Source: a virus. Taken from it: 46,063 bases of DNA. How positions within the stretch are numbered: the stretch's first letter is position 1; each line of letters starts with the position of its first letter. The notes under the pieces were generated by a model. That model was not told where the DNA came from and did no database searches. It worked only from the letters and a program-made list of their open reading frames with translations. Positions 1 to 7,681 of this stretch are shown one piece after another. The position numbers and the translations under genes are program-made. The stretch lies in IMG/VR virus record IMGVR_UViG_3300050009_000007, positions 1 to 46,063 of that record. One strand, 5' to 3'.

Positions 1-628
1 TCGCCTCTTGTTTGCTGATAAAAAAGTGGATTCCGTTTGAGCATTCCACCAGCGGGTTAGGGTCGTAGGTGTCCGGCTTGACCGTCTCGCCAACCTTGTA
101 TTCCATGCCGTTATGCTGGCTTTGACCGTTGCCCTCAAGCACCACGGCAAATTCAGCGCGACATTTGCGGCCAATAAAACCGCCAACACGTTTTGCTTTC
201 GCCGGAATTTGCAGTTTGCAAATCACCCCATCACACAATTTCTTCCAGCCAACTAAATCACCGTCCGGCACAATCGTCCTGACAGCTAAAAGTTTTAGAA
301 GGTCTGCGCCTGACAGGTTTGCGCGTGACAGGTCTGCGCCTGACAGGTTTGCGCCTGACAGGTTTGCGCCTGACAGGTCTGCGCCTGACAGGTCTGCGCG
401 TGACAGGTTTGCGCCTGACAGGTCTGCGCCTGACAGGTCTGCGCCTGACAGGTTTGCGCCTGACAGGTCTGCGCCTGACAGGTTTGCGCCTGACAGGCTT
501 GCGCCTGACAGGTATGCGCCTGACAGGTATGCGCCTGACAGGTTTGCGCCTGCCTCGCCTATATTTTCTTCGTCGGATTCAAACAGGATTATTTCGCTAT
601 TCCAGCGTGAGACGATTTTAATTTTCAT
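1..628 (-). CDS. Pentapeptide-repeat protein, paralog A (N-terminal ~209 codons; the 3' end is cut by the window start and completed by 45726..45745 if the molecule is circular)
   Basis: ATG at 626-628 (rc). Translation is [27 protein letters not shown], then ~17 A(D/N/Y/S)LS(G/R) pentapeptides, then a C-terminal domain with KCRAEF and GIHFF motifs. Identical to 44914..45630 outside the repeat array. Confidence 0.8.
   Translation of the reverse strand, partial: MKIKIVSRWNSEIILFESDEENIGEAGANLSGAYLSGAYLSGASLSGANLSGADLSGANLSGADLSGADLSGANLSRADLSGADLSGANLSGANLSGADLSRANLSGADLLKLLAVRTIVPDGDLVGWKKLCDGVICKLQIPAKAKRVGGFIGRKCRAEFAVVLEGNGQSQHNGMEYKVGETVKPDTYDPNPLVECSNGIHFFISKQEA
301..552. repeat. 15-bp tandem repeat array (16 full units plus a partial unit), the coding DNA of the paralog A pentapeptides
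   Basis: Head-to-tail units ggtYtgcgcStgaca with no spacers. Variation is essentially limited to two nucleotide positions per unit. Confidence 0.95.
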
Positions 629-696
629 AATTTTGCGTTGAGTTGGGGGTTATTAGTCATTTTCGCCGGTCATGTCTCCGCGCACACCGGGGCGAA

Positions 697-915
697 TCAG
701 GCAACCGGCAAATTGTTGTGGCGAGCCGCAGACTGGATGCAAAGCCATTTGTCCGGCCAAAGCTGCCAATCCGTCCCGTTCAGAGAATACCGAATCCATC
801 TACAGGTGGACGATTCGGATTCGACAATGATAGTGTGGCCGGCAAACCTAAAAACCAAGTCGGTTTTTTCGCCAGTCTCAATCTTGCTCGCCAGTTTCCA
901 TGATTTATTTTTCAT
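697..915 (-). CDS. Hypothetical protein (72 aa), first ORF of the - strand block
   Basis: ATG at 913-915 (rc). Same orientation as paralog A and 68 nt upstream of it. No recognisable motif. Competing + strand ORFs 638..919 and 643..903 leave the strand assignment uncertain. Confidence 0.4.
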   Translation of the reverse strand: MKNKSWKLASKIETGEKTDLVFRFAGHTIIVESESSTCRWIRYSLNGTDWQLWPDKWLCIQSAARHNNLPVA

Positions 916-1000
916 TTGATTCGCTTTTTGTTGTTTGTCGTACCGTCACTAACACCACACCATTAGCACTCGCCATGCCATGCCAAACGTATCAAAAACA

Positions 1001-1207
1001 GGACACTTTCTCAATTCGTGAGACACGCCACAAAACACAGAATCCACAATGGACACAATCCAATTACATCAAACTGTCCAGCAAGGCATACACAGCACCC
1101 CAAAGTGTATTCATGGACACTTTACAGGACACTATCGCAACCTATTGGAAACACCACACTTGCACTGTCTCAAATTCTCAAGACACTTTCCACAAACTTG
1201 ACACTTG
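1001..1207 (+). promoter_or_regulatory. Array of seven same-orientation RGACAC motifs in a G-poor tract (candidate terminase-binding, pac or operator repeats)
   Basis: RGACAC starts at 1001, 1021, 1051, 1115, 1127, 1181 and 1200; four copies read GACACTT(T/G). The array lies in the divergent gap between the - strand early genes and the + strand small-terminase candidate. Confidence 0.45.
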
Positions 1208-1240
1208 CAATTTAACACGACTGCAACGATATTCCCGCCA

Positions 1241-1774
1241 ATGGATGCAGTAACAACCACAGTGCCCGCCAACACCCCAAAGCGGCGCAAGCTGACCATT
1301 CAAGACGCAGAAGCTGTAGCTGAACTGGTCATTGGCTCGAAGTGCTCTGAACGTGAATCATGCCTTATCCTTAATATTAACTACGACCAATGGAGAAGCT
1401 GGAAAGCAAAACACCACAGAGCAGACGCATTTGACGCTACGTGCACGAGGATGCGAGGTTCAGAGATTCAACACTCAATGCGCCAGATCAAAAACTGTGG
1501 CGATGGTGTTGGCATGAAACAGCCAGACTGGCGAGCACACGCTTTCCGGCTTGGTGTGATCGCCCGTGATCGCTTTGGCCCGCAGTCAGGCCAGCAGCAG
1601 TCCGGCCCCGGTGTCAATACACTGTCAGACGATAGCATGGCAAGGCTCTTGTCCATGCTTAAGGCGAGCCAAGTTAGCGCTAACCACGTGGAACAATGCA
1701 AGCAAGTGGTTGATGTTCAATCGGATGTAGTTAAGAGCGTAGAGTGTCAGGGTGTCTCACAGTTAAAGCCTTGA
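1241..1774 (+). CDS. Putative terminase small subunit
   Basis: ATG 1241 lies inside ORF 1205..1774. It has an N-terminal HTH-like segment (LTIQDAEAVAELVIG...). The motif QPDWRAHAFRLGVIARDRFGP resembles the DWRA..W.LER..P motif I recall from small terminases. It is the first + strand gene and lies upstream of terL. Confidence 0.55.
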   Translation: MDAVTTTVPANTPKRRKLTIQDAEAVAELVIGSKCSERESCLILNINYDQWRSWKAKHHRADAFDATCTRMRGSEIQHSMRQIKNCGDGVGMKQPDWRAHAFRLGVIARDRFGPQSGQQQSGPGVNTLSDDSMARLLSMLKASQVSANHVEQCKQVVDVQSDVVKSVECQGVSQLKP

Positions 1775-1824
1775 ACAGCAATGACTTGAATTATAGTTAG
1801 CATTGGGGTGTTGTATTTAATCAG

Positions 1825-1833
1825 TGTTATAAT
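1825..1833 (+). promoter_or_regulatory. Extended -10 promoter-like element TGTTATAAT
   Basis: Matches TGnTATAAT exactly and sits 35 nt upstream of ORF 1869. The host sigma specificity is unknown and no good -35 is present. Confidence 0.3.
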
Positions 1834-1868
1834 TCACTCATTCACAAGCACTTGCATAGTGTAGAACA

Positions 1869-2120
1869 ATGCCAATGAATAACGATACAGAACAGGCTCA
1901 AAAACATACTCCCCCGGCACCCGGTCGGGTTAATATGTCATCAAATACATTTTCCCCTGCTATTAACCTTGGATTGAATCTTGTTGTAGATGGAGGAAAG
2001 GGGTTTGGTCGGGTCAGGAAAAAATTCAAGTCTGGTATTGGCTTCAGGGATGATTTGACTGCTGGATTGGTGGAGGAATGGAATCGGGTGGTGGATGGGG
2101 CGAGGGATTCGTTGGATTGA
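1869..2120 (+). CDS. Hypothetical protein (83 aa), doubtful
   Basis: It is the only sizeable + strand ORF in the terS-terL gap. It has no SD, and its G/T-rich repeat-like DNA (GGATTG motifs) may create the ORF by chance. Confidence 0.25.
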   Translation: MPMNNDTEQAQKHTPPAPGRVNMSSNTFSPAINLGLNLVVDGGKGFGRVRKKFKSGIGFRDDLTAGLVEEWNRVVDGARDSLD

Positions 2121-2623
2121 TTTGGGCATAGAACGCCCTTATATCCCCAAACAGGTTACGGAGAGCGTCCGCTTACCTGCTGCTGTCAGCCTTCGGCTCA
2201 CACACCCCACGCAAAGGGATGTTCGGGGACAGCGGGGACATTTCTTGGTGAGTTTGGGCGCGGGCGGATTCGAGGGGAGCGGATTGGGCTGTCTCTAGCC
2301 ATGAGCGGGCATGGCGACCACAATGCAACGGGTTACCGAGTTGGCGGTTGCGACCGATGACAAGAAAGCCGTCTGTGTGTGAAAAGCAATTGGCGGGCTT
2401 TGAGGCTTTCGCCTCCACAGACGGCAAAACGATATTTAACTGGTCAATTTCAATCACGCAAGACAATTCGCACGGATGTTTGGATTTGTCAAATGGGATT
2501 TTTGTGGCATGATGTTTTTGATGATTTTACACGTCTGGAATAGAACCATCGGAGAACTTTGGTCGGGCGTTTTACTGGCATCTTCTGCCGGGTTTCTAGC
2601 CACATTGAACACCAGACGTTAAT

Positions 2624-4150
2624 ATGGCCAAGCGTAAGAAACTCACAATGGCCGAACAGGTGTTCTTGGAATACGCCAAACTCGCGCTGGCGGCGGGATG
2701 CCCGGATGACCAGGTGATGAATTTCTACCGCGCCGGAAGATTCCTACAACCCAAGCAGCTTGAAATGGCGGCTGCGGCAAGGGCTTGCGACCATCGTTGC
2801 GCCGCGTGTGAGACTTTAGTCGCGGCGGGACAATCCATCCCTGAATCATGCCCCGATTGCGGGCCAACGGCGGTTGGGGTCGGCGGCGCTCGCGGAGGGG
2901 GTAAGTCAGATTGGATGTTCACTCAGATATGCGCCGATGACGTTCAGAGGTTTCCCGGCCTGAAAGTGCTATATCTTAGAAAGTCGGTCACGGCGGCGCG
3001 GGAACAGATTCGCGGCCTGCTTCTGAGCGTGTGCAAAAACTTTCCGGCCAACATGAAGCCGAATTACCGGGAACAGGCCGGAACCATTGAATTTCCAAAC
3101 GGGTCGTATGTCGTGGTGAAACACTTCAAGGATGAAAAAGATATTGAAAACTTCTTGGGCCAAGAATATGACGTGATAGCGATTGAGGAATTGACAACAC
3201 TCACGTTTGACAAATGGAAAAACCTGATGACGTGTTTGAGAACATCAAAGGTTGGATGGAGGCCGAGATTTTACGGAGCATGGAACTGGGGCGGGGTCGG
3301 ACACTTTTGGACGATGAAGGTGTTCTATGAGCCTTGGGAGAAGAAAGCGCAGCGAACCACGCGCTATATTCTCGCCCGCGTGGATGATAATCGCTACAAC
3401 AACCCAGAATACATCAACACGCTCAAGAGCCTGACGGGATGGAAATACAAATCCTGGTATCTTGGCGACCCGCATTTTCAAAGCGGGCAGTTTTTCACCA
3501 ACTGGAACGAGGGCTGGCATGTTTACCCAAACAAAAACGTAAATCCTTTGATTGATTCGTCCGCAAACTGGTATGCGTCATACGATTATGGCTTTGCCCA
3601 TCCATATTGCTTTCATCTTCACTTCAAGGACAAAATGGGAAATTCATTCACTGTGGATGAGGAACACGCCAACGAGTCGGTAATTGAGGAACAGGCTGAA
3701 AACTTCAAAGCCATGTTGCGCCGTAACGGACTGGACATGGGCGACATCAACAACATCGCGGCGGGTAAGGATTGTTTTTCACGAAAACAGGATGGCCGGA
3801 CAATTGCAATGGATTTCGAGGATTTGGGAATTACGCTGACGCCGGTTGAAATTGACCGCGTGAACGCTTGGGCGGTGATGCAGCAGCGATTGGGCGACGT
3901 GGAAAAGAATATCGCGCCAACGTGGTATATCCACCAGCGATGCACAAACCTGATCTCCCAAATCCCAATGGCTCAGAATCACGAAACCCGGATAGGCGAC
4001 ATTGCTAAACAAAATGCTGACGAGAACGGGGAGGGTGGTGATGACGCACTGGAATCCGCACGGAATTTTCTCGTAGCCGAAGCGGGCGGGCCAATCAGGT
4101 TTGCCCTTCCGATGGCCATTGGAAAGCCAATGCAGATGATTTGCGGCTAA
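2624..4150 (+). CDS. terL: Terminase large subunit
   Basis: 508 aa. Walker A-like GGARGGGKSDW and Walker B-like YDVIAIEELT, with a C-terminal nuclease-sized region. The N-terminal 85 aa carry CDHRCAAC...CPDCG cysteines. Confidence 0.9.
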   Translation: MAKRKKLTMAEQVFLEYAKLALAAGCPDDQVMNFYRAGRFLQPKQLEMAAAARACDHRCAACETLVAAGQSIPESCPDCGPTAVGVGGARGGGKSDWMFTQICADDVQRFPGLKVLYLRKSVTAAREQIRGLLLSVCKNFPANMKPNYREQAGTIEFPNGSYVVVKHFKDEKDIENFLGQEYDVIAIEELTTLTFDKWKNLMTCLRTSKVGWRPRFYGAWNWGGVGHFWTMKVFYEPWEKKAQRTTRYILARVDDNRYNNPEYINTLKSLTGWKYKSWYLGDPHFQSGQFFTNWNEGWHVYPNKNVNPLIDSSANWYASYDYGFAHPYCFHLHFKDKMGNSFTVDEEHANESVIEEQAENFKAMLRRNGLDMGDINNIAAGKDCFSRKQDGRTIAMDFEDLGITLTPVEIDRVNAWAVMQQRLGDVEKNIAPTWYIHQRCTNLISQIPMAQNHETRIGDIAKQNADENGEGGDDALESARNFLVAEAGGPIRFALPMAIGKPMQMICG

Positions 4151-4539
4151 CGACCGGCGATAACTGTTTTTGACCTACCAAACCCAAACTGGTTTTTCTT
4201 CGGAGTGATGCGCCGCTTCTTCTCGTTGGTTTCTTTCCTGACATCCTCAATCCGTTCCTCAACGGTCTTGGTGTTCCGTTCGGGATTTGTGAACTCCCAC
4301 GCGGCGGTTTGGGGCGCGGCTTCTGGCGACATAACGAAGTCTCTGTAAATCCAGCCACGGTCATTTGTCCAGAGCCAGTAACGGCGCGGATTTCCGTCAG
4401 CCTCGTAAGCCTCAAAGTCAATCGGTCGAAAGAATAGGCGCATACCACACCGGCCACAAACCTCTGATGTTTTTGAAATGGGCTTGTTGCGGCACTGTGG
4501 ACACCGCTTTATGTCTCTCAGCAGAATGTATTCACTCAT
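4147..4539 (-). CDS. Zinc-ribbon protein (130 aa), antisense to the packaging genes
   Basis: CPQC...CGRCG near the N-terminus and a basic C-terminus. ATGA overlap with the upstream 59-aa ORF. Its stop overlaps the terL stop by 4 nt (convergent). Confidence 0.6.
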   Translation of the reverse strand: MSEYILLRDIKRCPQCRNKPISKTSEVCGRCGMRLFFRPIDFEAYEADGNPRRYWLWTNDRGWIYRDFVMSPEAAPQTAAWEFTNPERNTKTVEERIEDVRKETNEKKRRITPKKNQFGFGRSKTVIAGR

Positions 4540-4715
4540 ATCGCAAAGATGTGTGGAATCTGCATTTCAACCGTTTTGTTCAAAGGCAGGGTTGCCCACT
4601 GCTCCGATGTGACTGGAACCAGAATTTCGGCCAACTCGCCAACCGGAACGAATCTGCCGAACTTGCCGGTTTCATTCTGAATCATTCCAACAATTTGTCC
4701 AAATGTTTTGTTCAT
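4536..4715 (-). CDS. Small hypothetical protein (59 aa)
   Basis: Translated by hand: MNKTFGQIVGMIQNETGKFGRFVPVGELAEILVPVTSEQWATLPLNKTVEMQIPHIFAI. It is below the ORF-track threshold and shares an ATGA overlap with 4147..4539. Confidence 0.35.
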   Translation of the reverse strand: MNKTFGQIVGMIQNETGKFGRFVPVGELAEILVPVTSEQWATLPLNKTVEMQIPHIFAI

Positions 4716-4916
4716 AATCTTACCAAGAATTTAGGATTCAACCGGAAGCAGCGCCGGATGTCGGCCCATCGGAAATAAAACCATGCCCTGACGAGCATTT
4801 CTTTTGTCACAATGATTGGTTCCGGGGATTTTCTTCCCACGGTTTAATTTAATCATGGCCGGAGCGGGTTGCAAGAAATAGTTGCATTTTTTTCAGTTTG
4901 TCGTATTTATACAGAA

Positions 4917-5117
4917 ATGGCGCAGACGCAATTTGAGATTGGGGACATCCTCGCCTCTAGCAAGGCGTGGGATGATTACAAGGCGCAATGGCTGTCGGAT
5001 TTGAAGAAAGCCAAGCAATCCGAACCAACGCCGATTCAAATTGCCAGCCTGCACGAAACATTCATTGAATTTTGGCTGATGGGGAGAACGAGCAATGCCG
5101 ACACTATCAGCAATTGA
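4917..5117 (+). CDS. Small hypothetical protein (66 aa) upstream of the portal gene
   Basis: ATG 4917 lies within ORF 4869..5117. It overlaps the portal start by 23 nt. Confidence 0.45.
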   Translation: MAQTQFEIGDILASSKAWDDYKAQWLSDLKKAKQSEPTPIQIASLHETFIEFWLMGRTSNADTISN

Positions 5118-6528
5118 CAATCTTCCTCAACGGAAGGTCACAACGAAAAACCTTGAGCCAATCGAGGATGCTGTTGCCGTTCATACCACGCGCCGCGCTA
5201 GGATGTCGGGACTTGGCGAGCCTCAATATCTTGCCAACCAGACCGACGTAAATCGAATCCAAGCCGCATTGCGGTCAGCCGAGCGCGGTGACACTTGGAT
5301 GTATTTCACCATCGTTCGGGATATGATTGCATCCTACACGCATTTGCAGGCTGAGTGGATGAAACGCAAGATGGTCATTGTCGGGCAACCCTATAACCTG
5401 ATTCCCTACGACAAGGACAACAAAGATGACATCGTTGCCGCTGGCGTCATCAAGGAAATGATTGACAACTGCCGAAACTGGCGGGATGGCTGTTTGCATT
5501 TGCTGGACGCGACCCTGATGCCCGCAAGTGCGGCAGAGAAGATTTACGAGCCGGTTGACAGCGCGACGAATTCACGGTTCAAATTCCCGCTTCGGATGCG
5601 GCTGAAAGAAATCGCTCCGATTCCCTACATCCTGCTTTGCTTCAAAATCCCGTATCTCGCCTATCAGCCGGGAGCGAAAAATTCAGCATCGGCTTTTGAC
5701 CCCGATATGTGGGAGGGTTGGCTTCGGTTTTACCAGACCAACACCAGCGGCGGCGTGGATTATTCAATTTCAAATGTTTATGCTCCTGACCCCGAAGTTC
5801 ACATAGTCCACAGGGGCAACATTCTTTGCCCATCTATTCCACCAAACTTCGGCGGACAAATCAGGAGCATTCTTTTCTGGTGGCTGCTGGCGACACAAGA
5901 CCGCGATTGGTGGGCGCTAATGATGCAGAAATATGGTTCGCCGTTCATTCTTGGAAAAGCCGACGCGCAGCAGGCCGACACGGTTGCTTTTTTGCAGCAG
6001 GCATTTTCAATGGCAACGCAGATCGGCGGATTGGTCATTGATAAGAAAGCCGACGCGGAACTGATTCAGGCTAATGCCACTGACGGCAGCAATGCCCACA
6101 AGGTTTTCAACGACTACTGCAACTGCGAAGTCAGCAAGATTGTCATTGGACAGGTGCTTTCATCCACGCCAAAAAACACCGGGCTTGGTTCTGGTATGGC
6201 GGCACAGGCTGAATCAGTTCGAGAGGACATCAAGCTGGCAGACCAGACAAATTTCTCCGACACGCTGGAAAAGCAGTTGTTCGAGCAGCACCTTCGCATC
6301 AACGGATATTCCGGTCGCGCTCCAAAGATATTTTGGGGCGGCGTCAAGCCGGGTGATGCAATGGCGCTCACGAAGTCTTACGCCCAGTTGTATCAGGGCG
6401 GATTGCGGCCAACGCAAGCAGCATTGGTTCACGGCGGTGAAAAGCTCGGTTACGAAATCGAGTATGTGCCGGAATCCATTTTGAATCCGAAACCGACTGG
6501 AAAAGTATTGAAGGATGACGGGGAATGA
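5095..6528 (+). CDS. Portal protein (probably Mu gp29/DUF935-like)
   Basis: 477 aa, placed after terL. The segment ...RDWWALMMQKYGSPFILGK... is reminiscent of DUF935 portals. The family call is from memory, not from an HMM. Confidence 0.75.
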   Translation: MPTLSAIDNLPQRKVTTKNLEPIEDAVAVHTTRRARMSGLGEPQYLANQTDVNRIQAALRSAERGDTWMYFTIVRDMIASYTHLQAEWMKRKMVIVGQPYNLIPYDKDNKDDIVAAGVIKEMIDNCRNWRDGCLHLLDATLMPASAAEKIYEPVDSATNSRFKFPLRMRLKEIAPIPYILLCFKIPYLAYQPGAKNSASAFDPDMWEGWLRFYQTNTSGGVDYSISNVYAPDPEVHIVHRGNILCPSIPPNFGGQIRSILFWWLLATQDRDWWALMMQKYGSPFILGKADAQQADTVAFLQQAFSMATQIGGLVIDKKADAELIQANATDGSNAHKVFNDYCNCEVSKIVIGQVLSSTPKNTGLGSGMAAQAESVREDIKLADQTNFSDTLEKQLFEQHLRINGYSGRAPKIFWGGVKPGDAMALTKSYAQLYQGGLRPTQAALVHGGEKLGYEIEYVPESILNPKPTGKVLKDDGE

Positions 6529-6791
6529 GAATCTGCAAGCCACAAGTATTTGGGAAAATTCCTTGGGACAACACGCCCGTTCAGTGGAGCCTAAACGGGC
6601 AGCAAGGATGGTGGCGTTTGCCGAACGCTTGGTTCGCAAGACGGAACGAAGATGGCACAATGACCGGAAGCCCCAACGCAGATTTTTCAAGTCCGTGTTA
6701 TGATTTAATCTTGGACGTTAGCGGCTACCTTGTGTTTCAGGATTTAGGAAGAAGCACACAAGCGGGCTTGATGAGTCCAGCGCAACACTAA
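6525..6791 (+). CDS. Hypothetical protein (88 aa)
   Basis: ATGA overlap with the portal stop. Trp-rich, with no recognised motif. Confidence 0.45.
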   Translation: MRICKPQVFGKIPWDNTPVQWSLNGQQGWWRLPNAWFARRNEDGTMTGSPNADFSSPCYDLILDVSGYLVFQDLGRSTQAGLMSPAQH

Positions 6792-6798
6792 ACGAAAG

Positions 6799-7029
6799 AT
6801 GGGGAACAATCAGACAATTTCCGATGAAGTAAGGGTCAGTGTGGCCGCTCGAATGCGCCGATATTTATTTCCACTTTCTACCCGCACCATCCAACTCATG
6901 TGCATCCGTGGCTGTTTTAAGACGGCGCACAAAAAGGGGATGGGAAAGAATTCGCCTTGGTTTATTTCCGGGGCTGAGATAGTGAGATGGAAACTAAATC
7001 GTCATGCAGTTTTTCAAGACAACATATAA
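6799..7029 (+). CDS. Small HTH DNA-binding protein (excisionase/MerR-like HTH_17 type)
   Basis: 76 aa. The pattern LSTRTIQLMCIRGCFKTAHKKG....WFISGAEIVRW matches the helix-turn-helix plus wing pattern of excisionase-type binders. Confidence 0.5.
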   Translation: MGNNQTISDEVRVSVAARMRRYLFPLSTRTIQLMCIRGCFKTAHKKGMGKNSPWFISGAEIVRWKLNRHAVFQDNI

Positions 7030-7044
7030 CAAAAACAAAACATC

Positions 7045-7551
7045 ATGCCTGAAACAATAACAGAACCAATGGGGACAGGCGCAGCCTCTCCTGAAACCAA
7101 ACGAGGCCCCGGTCGTCCCCCAAAGATGGACGTGCAAGTGCCGCTTCAATCCGCCAATCCTGAAAACATCAACTGGGTCGGGCCGGAAGAATCCGAGCGG
7201 CTGGAAACCATCATTGAGAAACACTTCGTTCGCAAGACCGAACTGAAATCCGGTGACAACAAAAAGTATTACTACGAGGTTCAAGGGGCGCATCCCTACG
7301 TTCCGGCTGGCGTTGCGACAACCAGCAAGCAGAGCCTCGTTCTGCTGGACGTTCAAAAATTCTACCGGAACAAATTCGCAAGCAAGAATTCTGTTGTCGG
7401 CGGGATTCAAAAAGAAGTGAAAGTCAACGTCGCCGCCGAATGGGTTGCGACCGACCCAAAAACGGGGGACTATGAAGTGGTTGACGCCGACGCTTCGTTT
7501 CAAATTGACTCCCGCAAGTTTGAGGAACTTTTCGTGCGGGACAGCGCATAA
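7045..7551 (+). CDS. Hypothetical head-module protein (168 aa) with an AT-hook-like RGPGRPPK
   Basis: Clean ORF between the portal and protease genes, followed by an intrinsic terminator. Confidence 0.6.
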   Translation: MPETITEPMGTGAASPETKRGPGRPPKMDVQVPLQSANPENINWVGPEESERLETIIEKHFVRKTELKSGDNKKYYYEVQGAHPYVPAGVATTSKQSLVLLDVQKFYRNKFASKNSVVGGIQKEVKVNVAAEWVATDPKTGDYEVVDADASFQIDSRKFEELFVRDSA

Positions 7552-7571
7552 TTTCAACCCCGAACCAACGC

Positions 7572-7603
7572 GAGCCGGATTAAAACCCGGCTCTTTTCGT
7601 TTT
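7572..7603 (+). terminator. Rho-independent terminator
   Basis: gagccgg (7572-7578) / 8-nt loop / ccggctc (7587-7593), followed by ttttcgtttt. Confidence 0.65.
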
Positions 7604-7681
7604 CACCGCCAAAACAGATTTACGCAAAGTGCGAAACGTGCCTAAAGACAAAAAACTCTTTGGGGTTTATTTGTTTCGCCA

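Noticed and set aside
301-552. Regular 15-bp repeat arrays (also at 45228..45554) that might be taken for CRISPR arrays or minisatellites.
   Set aside because: The units are contiguous with no spacers and are only 15 bp long. They lie in frame inside - strand ORFs and encode A(D/N)LSG pentapeptides, so they are coding repeats rather than CRISPR.
129-641. Long + strand ORFs across the arrays (129..641, 319..621, 45056..45643, 45246..45623) giving [10 protein letters not shown]… and LTGLRLTG… proteins.
   Set aside because: A 15-bp repeat is stop-free in several of the six reading frames, so these are reading-frame shadows. Only the - strand frame has a proper N-terminal segment, a non-repetitive C-terminal domain, and the operon context.
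900-1253. A 117-aa + strand ORF (and the nested 1018..1215 ORF) covering the GACAC tract.
   Set aside because: The protein sequence is dominated by QDTF/MDTL peptides generated by the DNA motif itself. The tract is compositionally skewed and intergenic-looking. I treated it as regulatory DNA rather than a gene.
2250-2340. A tRNA-like T-loop string (ggattcgagg) in the terS-terL gap.
   Set aside because: There are no complementary T-stem arms, no acceptor stem and no D-arm consensus, so a cloverleaf cannot be folded by eye.
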